Positions 19,299 to 29,165 of a DNA stretch of 64,000 nucleotides are shown here, piece by piece. Source of the stretch: Candidatus Bathyarchaeota archaeon (GTDB lineage: Archaea; Thermoproteota; Bathyarchaeia; Bathyarchaeales; Bathycorpusculaceae); NCBI GenBank assembly GCA_963702095.1, contig OY969706.1, forward strand, positions 1,088,001-1,152,000, given 5' to 3'. The notes under the pieces were generated by a model. That model was not told the DNA's origin. It saw only the letters and a program-made list of their open reading frames with translations, and searched no databases. Both the position numbers and the translations under genes were made by a program. The first letter of the stretch is position 1; each line of letters begins with the position of its first letter.

Positions 19299-20216
19299 CT
19301 AAGGTACACTCCCCAAGCGTTCTTTCGCCCTAAAAATCTCCGAGCGAATTCCCTGACAGATACGTTGCATGCCCAAGCTTGACCGTTGTACCATCTGAGA
19401 AGGCAACAACCGCTCAAGGATAGCGATATGCTCAGAAAGAGGAATCATAACAGGAGGGTTCGTTAGCAATCCTCCACCGGGCAACTTCTTTCGCAGTTCC
19501 TCGATGGTTTTGTTAGCAGTAGACAGCTGGTTTTTTGCCTCATCGCAGGTATTCTCAGCGGTCTTGCATTTGCTCTCTGTGTCAGATAATTTTGTGTTAG
19601 CTTCAAAAATCTGTAACTTGAGGTTCTCAATTGTTTCCGTGTTCTGTCCGTTTACTTTTGCAGCGACCTTTTCAGCGATTAAATTCAAGTCTTTCTCTGC
19701 CAATTGTACAGGATTCTTACCCGTTGCAAGATGCTCTAGTACCTGAACGTTAGTTTCAGGCACACCTGGAACGGCAACAAGCGATAACTCAGGATTGAAC
19801 AAGCCGTGCGGAACTTTGGCGTCCACTACATCAAGCGTGTTGTAGTCAGCGCCGACACTAACGTGCTGAACGAGTCCATTTCTAATTTTATCAGCGGTGG
19901 CAGCGTCATAAATCTCAGCCTCATAATTTAGACATCGAGCAGCGGCATCGTAGTTGCACTTGGTTACTTTTCCAGCAGCCGAATCAACAGCCACATGCTC
20001 GATATAGACAGGGGCATCAACCAGCTTGTCAGCAAAAGCTCGGAGTTCTTCAGGCGTATAAACGTTAAAGTTCCTAGACATTCCAGCGGCCAATGCAACT
20101 CCGCCGATTCGTAATGGCTTCTCTGCTACTGCTTCAAGGACTTTGAAGGGAAGAACCGAAGATACATGCTCCCGAACATGCTTACACTCTTTACAGCCAG
20201 AGCCACACTGAGACAT
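19299..20216 (-). CDS. Prohead protease with a C-terminal scaffold-like coiled coil
   Basis: SRNFNVY..VYIEH, HVSVG, ELSLVAVPG, then a coiled coil. Confidence 0.85.
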   Translation of the reverse strand: MSQCGSGCKECKHVREHVSSVLPFKVLEAVAEKPLRIGGVALAAGMSRNFNVYTPEELRAFADKLVDAPVYIEHVAVDSAAGKVTKCNYDAAARCLNYEAEIYDAATADKIRNGLVQHVSVGADYNTLDVVDAKVPHGLFNPELSLVAVPGVPETNVQVLEHLATGKNPVQLAEKDLNLIAEKVAAKVNGQNTETIENLKLQIFEANTKLSDTESKCKTAENTCDEAKNQLSTANKTIEELRKKLPGGGLLTNPPVMIPLSEHIAILERLLPSQMVQRSSLGMQRICQGIRSEIFRAKERLGSVP

Positions 20217-20593
20217 ACCTAAATCGCCAAGAAAACAATTCTGCGGTTAAGCATTAATGGCTTGAGAGCCTAAACAGGATAATATCGCAAACAGGACATA
20301 CACGGCTACTTGGACATAGCACATCGTTTAGCTTTTTTAGCTCTGGGAAATCATTTCGCAACAGGATTAACTGTGAACAATTTGGTAAGTTCCTCCGCAG
20401 TTAGACTTCCTTCGATTAATTTTTGTAAAACCCTTCTCGTAATTCGCCTTGTAGAGCAGGTCATTATTGATCTCGCTGGCTTCTGTCAGGTATGAGGGAT
20501 TTTTCTTACAGTTAATGACAAGGAGAACCATTAAGGCAAAATCTAAATACACTAATTAAACAATCAAGAATACCAGTTCTGGGATAGAAAATT

Positions 20594-21734
20594 ATGAAGT
20601 CAAAAAAACAAGTGATTTACGGGATAATAGTAGCATTCATTGTTCCTACCTTACTGGTTTTTGTCTCATGGGCTATAGGAGCGGTTCATGATGTGATGTT
20701 TGTTATTGATGAAGTTATTGCCGCTACGGCAGCATCGTTGGTGTTTGCGGGACTTGTTATATGTGTTCATGGTGTGATAGGAAAAGAAGGAATTATAGAA
20801 GCAAGAGACATATTGAAACTCCCTAAAGCTAAACAAGCTAGTTGGATACAAAGACATAGAATTTTTGTTAAGAAAGATAAGAAGGCAGACTTTTGGTTAA
20901 TGATTTTTCTACTAGCGGTTTTCGGTTCTATCGCTATCCTGATTGCTACAACTTTTCCAGTAGTGCCCTCTTCAACAAACGCAGTTCTCATATCTAATGT
21001 TACTAAAGGAACCATGATTGCTTTTGGTGCAGGAATCCTGATCACTTGTATACTGCTTTCAGGGAATGAATTATACAACATATGGGATTCCAAACAAAAA
21101 ATCATTTACGAACAAAAAAAGGCTCTTTTAACCATAATTACTGACTTTGATAATTCATTTCGAGAATTAAAGCAAACTACTCAACAGAAAACGAAGGAAA
21201 GACTACTAGATGACTTTCAAAATAATCTTAGAAATCTATGTTACGATTACCCGTGGGATGAAAAAAAACGAGACAGAATAGTAGATGTATTAAACTACAT
21301 ACCGTCTAGACTCGCAAACGACCCTAACGTCGGGTCTTATCTGCTCTTTCTTGGATTTATAATTCATCGAGACAGCAAGTATACTATAAAACTAGTAAAA
21401 GAGAAGTTCTCAGTAGAATTGGAGAACTTGTATAATGACCAACGATTTGAAACTAACCCAAAACCTATACTTTTACTTCAAGAACTAAACGAGCATTCAG
21501 AAGTATATATGATGAAACTGATTGACGAGACAAGTTCAATTTCTAAATGGAGCGACCAGCGATTTCAAGCTTTAGGCAGTAACATTGAACTATGGGAACT
21601 AAAGACCAAAAACATAGAAGCCCATTCTAGAAGTTTCAGATTATATACTCAGAAAAATGGATGATGCAGCACGAAGTAATGATGATACAGTTTTCAAAAG
21701 ACTTGATTTCCTTAAAGCAGTAACAAAGAGGTAA
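20594..21734 (+). CDS. Four-TM membrane protein with a helical cytoplasmic domain (cargo); probable frameshift near 21622, ORF track ends at 21664
   Basis: Hydrophobic segments; the shifted frame continues ILEVSDYILRKMDD..KR to a stop at 21734. Confidence 0.55.
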
Positions 21735-21756
21735 AGAAGAATCAGAGGTTTTATCG

Positions 21757-22257
21757 TTGCAGAAACCGTTGCACATTGAACTCATAGCTACAGATGGTGC
21801 AGTACAAAAAAGGGTACTGTGGGCACATTCCGCACCTAACGGTGTATATTGTGGTATGTGTAGCAACGGTCAAGATTTTCATGTTACTTACCATGCGGAC
21901 GGGAATGTGTTTAATAATTTTGGCGGCAAAACAACAAAGACTTTTACAGGAAAATCCTTTAAAGAGTTTACAGGGTATCAACAACTATTATGTTCTGGCG
22001 TTACCAATAACTTGTCTCATGGGTTCTATCCTTCATATACGCTAAAGAAACTAGACGCTATTGTAAACATTGATGTACGAAATTACAAAAAAGGCGCTGG
22101 TTGCATGTTGTTTATGGTAGAGCCAACTTTTACTGCACTATCAGAATTAGTTAGGCATTTTCAAACTGGGAACCAACCACATATAACGGAAGTTCACTCA
22201 TTTATGGAATGTAATCCTTGGTTAGCTATTTTTGTATATGGCGATGTTTACGGTTAG
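21757..22257 (+). CDS. Hypothetical protein (HVTYHADG motif)
   Basis: 166-aa ORF in the AT-rich cargo block. Confidence 0.55.
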   Translation: MQKPLHIELIATDGAVQKRVLWAHSAPNGVYCGMCSNGQDFHVTYHADGNVFNNFGGKTTKTFTGKSFKEFTGYQQLLCSGVTNNLSHGFYPSYTLKKLDAIVNIDVRNYKKGAGCMLFMVEPTFTALSELVRHFQTGNQPHITEVHSFMECNPWLAIFVYGDVYG

Positions 22258-22391
22258 ATTTACAGGGTGTCCTTCTCCTCAAAGGCATCAAATTCTTTAA
22301 TTCTAATAAAAAACGACATCGTTCGAATCGGGTAAGACAACCACCAAGGCGCAGAGAAATGTTATATTCTTAGCACTTGCAATAGAACACT

Positions 22392-23072
22392 ATGGGTAAA
22401 AAGAGTAGGCTAGACGCTTTAGATAATATTACTCTTGCATTGTTTGGCGCTTCATTGGCTATCCCAGCGTTGATAGGCTACTATGGATTAGATGTCCGAT
22501 TAATGGTAATTCCCAGTTTATGCTATGGCTTTTGGATTCTAATCATTGGCTACGCCAAACCTAAAGTGTCATTTGATGGTCAGCCTGACCGTGCGCTGGT
22601 TGAGCGTATCCGTGGCTGGGCATATGTTTTGGGCTTTCCTGTGTGTTCGGTAACGAATTTCATCTTCATCTTTGTGCTTCCGCATACACTCGACTACTTC
22701 CTTTTTGGAATCGTAACTGGAAGCGCTGCATTGTTCCTATGTGTTAGCATTGTCCAAGCAATCTTCAGAAAAGATATCGCTAACATGGACGTTGAGCAAC
22801 ACGGCTTGCTTTTAAGCATGCTGAGTTGGGTTGGAGCATCAATCATTTTCGTTTCTGTAGGGTTACCCTATCCTACGATTATGACAACCTGGACGAGTTA
22901 CCCTCTTGCGATGGTAGTAGCTTATTCGGTGACAGCTGTGATTATGTTTTGTTTCAGCTTTGACAGATATAAGAAGTCATCTAAGCTGTGTAAGCAACTT
23001 GCGGATTCAATGAGGGAAAGCAGATTGTCCAAGAAGAAGCAAAAGACGGAATCAGTCGAGAAAAACATGTGA
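22392..23072 (+). CDS. Multi-pass membrane protein
   Basis: About six hydrophobic helices. Confidence 0.65.
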   Translation: MGKKSRLDALDNITLALFGASLAIPALIGYYGLDVRLMVIPSLCYGFWILIIGYAKPKVSFDGQPDRALVERIRGWAYVLGFPVCSVTNFIFIFVLPHTLDYFLFGIVTGSAALFLCVSIVQAIFRKDIANMDVEQHGLLLSMLSWVGASIIFVSVGLPYPTIMTTWTSYPLAMVVAYSVTAVIMFCFSFDRYKKSSKLCKQLADSMRESRLSKKKQKTESVEKNM

Positions 23073-23130
23073 AAAAGTACACAGGATATTCACTTTGAAT
23101 AAAGGAATATCACTTTCTTCTCTTATTATT

Positions 23131-23805
23131 CTAAACCCAGTTTTGTTCTTTTTCGGGGTGCGCTAAAACCCAATTATATTTGTCGATGAATGTCGTGGCT
23201 GTTTTAGGCGCATATTTCTGCTCTAACTGCCTTAATGTCGGTTGTAGTTGTCTCATTCTCTCTTGCATCTCCACCAAGAATAAGAAGTAATCGTTTCCAT
23301 CACCATTTTTGTTAAACTTTTTCCTGATGTCTACATCCCACATAATAAAAAAATTGGGGCAGCAAAGATGTAATATTTTAGAAGCTGTTGTTGGACCCGC
23401 ACGTTTAGGTTTTCCTTTATTGCTACTAAAGCTCGTCATTGCCATATCGTTGAAAAGCTCTGTTATTTGAGTTTTGAGAGCTTTCAGATTATCAGCATTC
23501 TCTATGTTTAAGGTTCTAAAGGGCGCAAGCTTTGCACTAAATTGAGCATCTTTTAGTTTTTCATAAACTGCCTCTAATCCTGAATAACCAAGATGCCTCT
23601 GCATTACTCCCCATACTAGAAGGAAAGCAACCAAAATTCTTTCTCTATAGAGGTCGTTGAGGTCTTTCAGGTCAATTTTACTGAATTCAGCAATGCATGC
23701 TTGGTAAATTAGGTCAGTAATTCCCCATCGAGCTTCCACGTCTTCGATAACCTTAGAGAACTCTTCTTCTTTTATACTGTTATCCGCCAGCTTAGCAACC
23801 TCCAA
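23131..23805 (-). CDS. HhH-GPD-superfamily DNA glycosylase-like protein
   Basis: AGPTTASKILHLCCPNFFIMWD helix-hairpin-helix with a downstream Asp; FLLVWG and IDKYNW. Confidence 0.55.
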   Translation of the reverse strand: MEVAKLADNSIKEEEFSKVIEDVEARWGITDLIYQACIAEFSKIDLKDLNDLYRERILVAFLLVWGVMQRHLGYSGLEAVYEKLKDAQFSAKLAPFRTLNIENADNLKALKTQITELFNDMAMTSFSSNKGKPKRAGPTTASKILHLCCPNFFIMWDVDIRKKFNKNGDGNDYFLFLVEMQERMRQLQPTLRQLEQKYAPKTATTFIDKYNWVLAHPEKEQNWV

Positions 23806-23808
23806 TTA

Positions 23809-24315
23809 TTATGTATGAAGCGTAAATCTGATCAACCAATCAATTACCTGAAAAATAGCAATTACCGCCAACGATGCAACCGCAACGAAAAAGGCATTTC
23901 GTAATTCTTTTTCTTCAGGGCTTTTTGAGCGCATTGCAAACAATGGCTGGATCAATGGCTGATTACCATAGATAGGAAATGGATATAGTTTATTACCTCC
24001 TTCATTGAGGACTTCTACTTGCCCGCCCTTAGTAGCCACAGCACCAACTACCGTAAACCAAGTGTAGCCTGACATAAGAGGGGCTTGGCTGTATGGAATT
24101 GTTGCTTCAGACTTTGGGGCTAAATTTTGAATGTTTAATGGCTGATACACATTTTGGTTAAGTTGACTCCACGAGAGCATAATTTGAATAAAACCATCAA
24201 ATGTTGCGGAGCCAAGATTTTTCACTTTGTAGGCATACTTAGCTGTTTTGCCGACGACTGCTTCTTTGGGTGCTTGAACAACAACCTCGAGCTTATACGT
24301 TGCGTTTGCTGTCAT
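23809..24315 (-). CDS. Ig-like (CARDB-like) domain with a C-terminal TM anchor
   Basis: YKVKNLGS..NLAPKSEAT; C-terminal hydrophobic helix. Confidence 0.55.
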   Translation of the reverse strand: MTANATYKLEVVVQAPKEAVVGKTAKYAYKVKNLGSATFDGFIQIMLSWSQLNQNVYQPLNIQNLAPKSEATIPYSQAPLMSGYTWFTVVGAVATKGGQVEVLNEGGNKLYPFPIYGNQPLIQPLFAMRSKSPEEKELRNAFFVAVASLAVIAIFQVIDWLIRFTLHT

Positions 24316-24385
24316 ATCTGTCCCCCGGCCATTTTTTGTTGTTACCGCTAATAAGGTTTTTCAACGATTATGGGGTTTGCTTTGT

Positions 24386-24598
24386 CTATTTGGTACTTCT
24401 TGTATTCAAGTTGTTCGAAGTATTAAGAACGTCAATAAATTCTAAATCAGCCCTTGCACGCTCGATTTTCTTTAAAGCATTCCGTCTAGAACGAGTTACA
24501 TTGGGTGTTTCTACTTTCAGCTTATGTGCAATTCGATAGTCGCTTAGGCCCTCACTATGCAACCGTAGAATCTGCCGTTCACGCTCAGTCAACGCCAT
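24386..24598 (-). CDS. LuxR/Tfx-like HTH protein
   Basis: LTERERQILRLHSEGLSDYRIAHKL..RRNALKKI. Confidence 0.8.
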   Translation of the reverse strand: MALTERERQILRLHSEGLSDYRIAHKLKVETPNVTRSRRNALKKIERARADLEFIDVLNTSNNLNTRSTK

Positions 24599-24600
24599 AT

Positions 24601-25167
24601 CTAATTCGTTCCATCAGGCTCTTCGGAGTAATCATTCAGAACCACGCCTTGGGCTAGCAAGTCCTTCTCTGATGCTTTGTAGGCGTCTACGCCGAAGCTT
24701 GTCATAGCCCAGCACCAACCCCGCCGCTCAACAACCGCCGAGTCCAGCTCCTGAGATAACCGTTTATTCATGCGAATAATCCGTCGAGTCACTTGATAAC
24801 GAGCAACCTTGAACTCAGCCAATTTAGCAGCTATGTCTTTAGGCAGTAATCCGGGAGCGCCTGCTTCAAACAGCAACTGAAGAATAGCCTTGTCAACCTC
24901 GTCACAGCAAGCGGCTTCTTCAATTAGTGACTTCTCAAAATACAAAGAATCCTTTAAGCCAGCAAAGATAACCTTAAGCAAGAGTTTTATTTCGGCGACG
25001 TCACGGTCGAGTTTCTTGTCCTTGGCAAACAGGTACTTGAGTTTTCCAACTTTGTCAGCTTGGCTACGCTTCCTTTTATCTGCTTTTTGGGCTGAAAATG
25101 TCGTGTTTTGAACAGGGTCATCGCTGGCTTCCATGTCAAAAGGCACACTCCACGGTTTTCGCTCCAT
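24601..25167 (-). CDS. Winged-helix protein with an N-terminal coiled coil
   Basis: DKAILQLL..GLLPKDIAAKL..VERRGWCWAMTSFG. Confidence 0.65.
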   Translation of the reverse strand: MERKPWSVPFDMEASDDPVQNTTFSAQKADKRKRSQADKVGKLKYLFAKDKKLDRDVAEIKLLLKVIFAGLKDSLYFEKSLIEEAACCDEVDKAILQLLFEAGAPGLLPKDIAAKLAEFKVARYQVTRRIIRMNKRLSQELDSAVVERRGWCWAMTSFGVDAYKASEKDLLAQGVVLNDYSEEPDGTN

Positions 25168-25316
25168 GAACGCATGTGACTTTTAGCGTTGGGCAATCTA
25201 CTCTAAGCAACCGTAGAAAAGCAACTTCCCAAAAGCATGGACTTTTCCCATGCCCTCGCCATACCGCTAAAAGTACTTTTGAACAGGTTTTAACAGCCAA
25301 AAACCTGAAACTACCG

Positions 25317-26273
25317 CTAAGAAACATAGCTTTTACCTCCCTCTCCCCCGGTCTTTGTTACCTCTTGGGGAGCTCCTTCTAAATTTCCTACAAGCCGCCC
25401 CAAAGCATCCGCAACCTTAGCCAAGTCGCAACCCATCTTCTCCAACTTTGCAAGACTACCTGAAATCCGCTCCAAATCACCAAGAGCAGTTTCCACTTGA
25501 CCTTCCAATTTCTTAACCCGCTCAGGCATCAACAAATACTCGACGGCTGCGTCACGGCCAAGATGGTCCAGTTCTCCTTCGTCTTCGCCGGGGCTGTCAT
25601 CAATCAACCGCTTTGGAGTGCTTACCTCAAAATAGCGGTTTAACAGGTTGGCTACTGGGTCGTCGATGCCAAGTTCATGGCGGTTGTTGATTGTTCCCTG
25701 CCCTAAAACGCAGCCATACTTGCTCATTAGGCCCTGAGCGACGCGGTCAGCCAAGTTCTTAGCTAAAGTCACAAGCTCCCCGGGACTTCGACCATAGAAA
25801 GTCTCTACATGGACAATCCAAGACGTCGTCGTATGCCTCACCTTAACACCCTGCTCCAGCCCCAAAAGCGCGGTCCAATTCTGCATCTCAATCCGCCGAA
25901 AATCGCCCGAAGGATAAACCCCCTCACGTAACACTGGATACTTGAAAAAACACCGATGCAACCGAAACACGCCGCTGCTGAAGAGGACTCCCTCACAGGA
26001 TATGAGAAAGTTTTGACCTCGCTCTGTTAGCTCAAAATCGACGAAGTTGCTGCGCTTTAATCTGCGGATTAAGCCTGCCTTTTCAAGCTTTTTAACATAG
26101 TAAGCGACATGCTGGCGCTTCCATCCACGGACGCGCCCTATTTTGGCTGGGTACATTTTGACTTCTATGCCTTTGAGTATGGGTATGACACGGGCGCGAA
26201 CGGTATTGAAGTCAAATTTGACTTTTGACTTTGAAAGCGCAAAATTTTGACTTCTATCTGGTTGGGCAGTCAA
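25317..26273 (-). CDS. wHTH-containing protein, candidate replication or regulatory protein of the element
   Basis: N-terminal MarR-like wHTH (YYVKKLEKAGLI..ELTERG); central RLH and IDDSPG..GELD motifs; C-terminal coiled coil. Confidence 0.55.
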   Translation of the reverse strand: MTAQPDRSQNFALSKSKVKFDFNTVRARVIPILKGIEVKMYPAKIGRVRGWKRQHVAYYVKKLEKAGLIRRLKRSNFVDFELTERGQNFLISCEGVLFSSGVFRLHRCFFKYPVLREGVYPSGDFRRIEMQNWTALLGLEQGVKVRHTTTSWIVHVETFYGRSPGELVTLAKNLADRVAQGLMSKYGCVLGQGTINNRHELGIDDPVANLLNRYFEVSTPKRLIDDSPGEDEGELDHLGRDAAVEYLLMPERVKKLEGQVETALGDLERISGSLAKLEKMGCDLAKVADALGRLVGNLEGAPQEVTKTGGEGGKSYVS

Positions 26274-26278
26274 AAGCT

Positions 26279-26398
26279 TTAGCGCCTCCTGGATTCCTTA
26301 AAGTTGTCGCAGGCGTCAGAGGAAGCCACACGGCCTATTGATCGTCTGCCCCTCATGGACGGTTCAGAGCAGCGCCCGCACCAAAAAACGCAGTCCAT
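26279..26398 (-). CDS. Small Cys-rich peptide (39 aa)
   Basis: MDCVFWCGRC..ASSDACDNFK, directly upstream of 26273. Confidence 0.3.
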   Translation of the reverse strand: MDCVFWCGRCSEPSMRGRRSIGRVASSDACDNFKESRRR

Positions 26399-26503
26399 AC
26401 AATAGTGAACTGTCGCGCTATGCGTAGAAGCAGTGTAGAGCGTACGCTGAGGGAAAAAAGAAGAGAGAAAAGAAAAAAGGCTAGTACTCTTTCGTGTAAA
26501 TGT

Positions 26504-26581
26504 TGGCGGGTCCGACGGGAGTTGAACCCGCGACCCTCGGATTAAAAGTCCGATGCTCTAGCCTGACTGAGCTACGGACCC
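26504..26581 (-). tRNA. tRNA-Lys(TTT), intronless, CCA encoded
   Basis: GGGTCCG..CGGACCC acceptor stem, anticodon arm TCGGA-CTTTTAA-TCCGA, GGTTCAACTCC T-arm, ends GCCA. Confidence 0.97.
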
Positions 26582-26678
26582 GCGCTCATTTTTGTTGCGG
26601 CTGATAGAACAATACAAAGGGGTTTTTTAGTATTTCGATTGTGAGGGCGCAAAAGGTGAGTGGTTGAGGGTTTTTTAC

Positions 26679-27038
26679 TTAAGCCCTGAGTATGGTTGCC
26701 ATGAAGCTTCTGATTTTTTCGTGTGAACTAAGGATGGTTTCGATTGTTTTGGCGCCTTTGTCGGTTAGTTTGTAGACGCGTTTGCGTTCAATCCAGATGC
26801 CTTCGACTAGGCCGTTTCGCTCCAGCGAGTAGAGTAGGGAGTAGACTGTGCCAGAGCTGACGAGGTAGTGGAATTTGGTGTGGATGAAGCTTATGACGTC
26901 GTAGCCGCTGATGGGTCCGTTTCTGAGTTCAGCCATTATGATGGTGTCTAGGAAGCTTTTGATTACGCGTTCGTTCATTTTTTTGATTATTCGGGCTTCA
27001 GATTTTTCCCCGTTTACCGTTATTGTTAGTGCTACCAT
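26679..27038 (-). CDS. PadR-family transcriptional regulator
   Basis: SGYDVI..SSGTVYSLLYSLERNGLV..KRVYKLTDKG. Confidence 0.9.
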   Translation of the reverse strand: MVALTITVNGEKSEARIIKKMNERVIKSFLDTIIMAELRNGPISGYDVISFIHTKFHYLVSSGTVYSLLYSLERNGLVEGIWIERKRVYKLTDKGAKTIETILSSHEKIRSFMATILRA

Positions 27039-27440
27039 GTTTACACGATCCCGTTTTCTCTATTCGTGTTTAGATATATAAGTTTTATTCGAATTTAGAA
27101 TAGAATGTTATTACATAACCGAAAATGTTTAAACAAACTAGCTGCCTCCAAGTAACCGCTCAACCAGCAACCCCACAAAAAACTCCCAAAACGCAAACAC
27201 ATACGCCTAATTACTGCCCAGTAGCAGCGCATAAACTTGACAAAAACATGTCAGCGCCAACCCAAAAACTCAATAAAAATTACCGCAAAAATATACAAAA
27301 AAGCCCCACCCAACCACCAGTTTATACTGCAAAACCGCAGTTTTTTAGCGGTTCCAATCGATTTTAATAGTGACCGATATATGTGCATGTTAACAAACGT
27401 TATCTTGCATTTTGACCCTAAATTCCTCGGTGTTAAATAA

Positions 27441-29081
27441 TTGATTTCATGGAAATACACGTTTAAACGTATAAACGAAGAATACGAAATCGCCACGAAG
27501 AAGAAGCAGGCCCTAGAGAACCTGTGCGCTTCAGGCAGGATTTCACAAGCAACCCACGACTCATTCACAAGCGACATCGTCAAAGCCATAACCGAGCTTG
27601 AAAATCAACGCAAAGAACTCGGCGAGAAAATGCAGGCAAAAACCCTCGAACTTGAAGGGCAACTTAAAACACTCGAAATGTTGCTTGCCAACTACGAAAT
27701 CCAGCATGTCGTAGGCGAAATCGATGACGAAATTTATACCCGAGAAATTAATCTTCTCGCAAGTACCCTTGAAACAACCAAGAATGAATTAGGCACAATC
27801 AAAGAGGCGGCTAGTCAACTTTTTTCTTCCCCCAAACCAATAGAGGCTCCAGTAGCGGTTAAACCAGTCGCTGAAGCTGCGCCCATACCATCAATTCCCG
27901 TTGAAGTTCCAGTTGAAACTGCCACAATCGAACCCGCAATCGTGGAAACAGTGACAGCTGCCGAACCTACATCAGTTGAAACAGCGCCAGCCGAAGCACC
28001 AGTCGAACCTGCTCCAGTTGAAGTAGCATCGATAGAAGTTGCATCTATTGAGGCTCCAGTTGAGATAGCTCCAGTTGTGGAAGCCCCCATTGAACCCTCT
28101 CCAGTTGAAGCTCCAATCGAAACCGTGCCAGTTGAGTGCGCTCCCGCAGAAGTAGCTCCAGTCGAAACTGTCGAAGCAGCCCCAATCGAAGCACCAGCAG
28201 TTGAAGCCCCTCCAGCCCAAGAAACCGTAATTGAAACTCCAGTTGAAGCAGCACCAACAGAAGCCCCCATAGAGATTCCAGTCGAGGCAGTCCCAGTTGT
28301 GGAAGCTCCAATTGAAACCGCTCCAGTTGAAACCCCAGTCGAAACTGCAACAGTTGAAATACCAGCAATCGAAGAAGCCCCTATTGCTGAAGCTCCAATC
28401 ATCGAGTCAGCCCCCATGGATGTGCCAGTTGAAACCGCCCCTGTCGAGGTTGCACCAGTAGAAACAGCGCCAGAGACCGAAGCGCCAGCAGCAATTGAAA
28501 CTCTAGCCGTTGAGACCCCTGTTGTTGAAGCAGCCTCTGCTCCAGCGGAAGAAGCTCCAATCGCCTCTGCCGAGCAAGAAATACAAATTATCACCGAACC
28601 AGCAGTAGAAGCAGTTATCAATGAATCAATCATCGAGGAAGCATCTGCCGCTGAACCAGTAGCCGAAGCAGCCCCAATTGAAGAGCCGATCATGGAAGCA
28701 TCAGTTGAAGAAGACGCTCCAGTTCAGACTTTACTCATCGAGGAAGCTCCAGCAGTTGAAGAAACCCCAATAGAAACCGCAACTCAAGAAATCGTTGACG
28801 CTGCTCCAGCTGAAGTGGTAGATGAGGCCTGTGCAGAACCAGTCGTTGAGGCACCTCTGCAAACATTCGAAGTTACCGAGCATGCCCCAACAGAAATCAC
28901 CCTTGAAAAAGCATTAGAAGACGCAATAATTGTAGAGCAACTTCAACCAGTTATCGTGGAGGAGGTCCACGTGCCAGCCCACCCTACAGAAGCGCCCCCG
29001 CAGGCGCCTTCAGAAGAGACCGCAGAGGCAGACCAATCCCCCCCAGTAGAAGAAAACGACGAAAACACCACAACTGAATAA
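27441..29081 (+). CDS. CdvA-like coiled-coil protein with a ~410-aa Pro/Ala/Glu/Val low-complexity tail
   Basis: KKKQALENL..GRISQAT and VGEIDDEIY motifs, followed by many APVE/APIE units. Confidence 0.7.
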   Translation: MISWKYTFKRINEEYEIATKKKQALENLCASGRISQATHDSFTSDIVKAITELENQRKELGEKMQAKTLELEGQLKTLEMLLANYEIQHVVGEIDDEIYTREINLLASTLETTKNELGTIKEAASQLFSSPKPIEAPVAVKPVAEAAPIPSIPVEVPVETATIEPAIVETVTAAEPTSVETAPAEAPVEPAPVEVASIEVASIEAPVEIAPVVEAPIEPSPVEAPIETVPVECAPAEVAPVETVEAAPIEAPAVEAPPAQETVIETPVEAAPTEAPIEIPVEAVPVVEAPIETAPVETPVETATVEIPAIEEAPIAEAPIIESAPMDVPVETAPVEVAPVETAPETEAPAAIETLAVETPVVEAASAPAEEAPIASAEQEIQIITEPAVEAVINESIIEEASAAEPVAEAAPIEEPIMEASVEEDAPVQTLLIEEAPAVEETPIETATQEIVDAAPAEVVDEACAEPVVEAPLQTFEVTEHAPTEITLEKALEDAIIVEQLQPVIVEEVHVPAHPTEAPPQAPSEETAEADQSPPVEENDENTTTE

Positions 29082-29165
29082 ACCACCCTAACCTTTTCTT
29101 TTTTGTTTTAATTTATTGACCATTTCTCAGTTCTCCCGGTTCAGGTTTGATGCAATACTCTTTTC

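Larger units (their letters stand above)
946..26503 (-). mobile_element. Integrated tailed archaeal virus (provirus) or virus-derived particle gene cluster; left boundary not determined
   Basis: Co-oriented, tightly overlapping TerL, portal, HK97-type MCP, prohead protease, adaptor, tail tube, chaperone, TMP and tail-tip genes next to the 3' end of tRNA-Lys. Confidence 0.9.

Noticed and set aside
1-26503. Second att site (copy of the tRNA-Lys 3' end) and integrase
   Set aside because: Not found by eye in the window. They may lie to the left, so no boundary is claimed.
27815-28693. 292-aa minus-strand ORF and nested ORFs
   Set aside because: Antisense shadows of the low-complexity CdvA-like tail.
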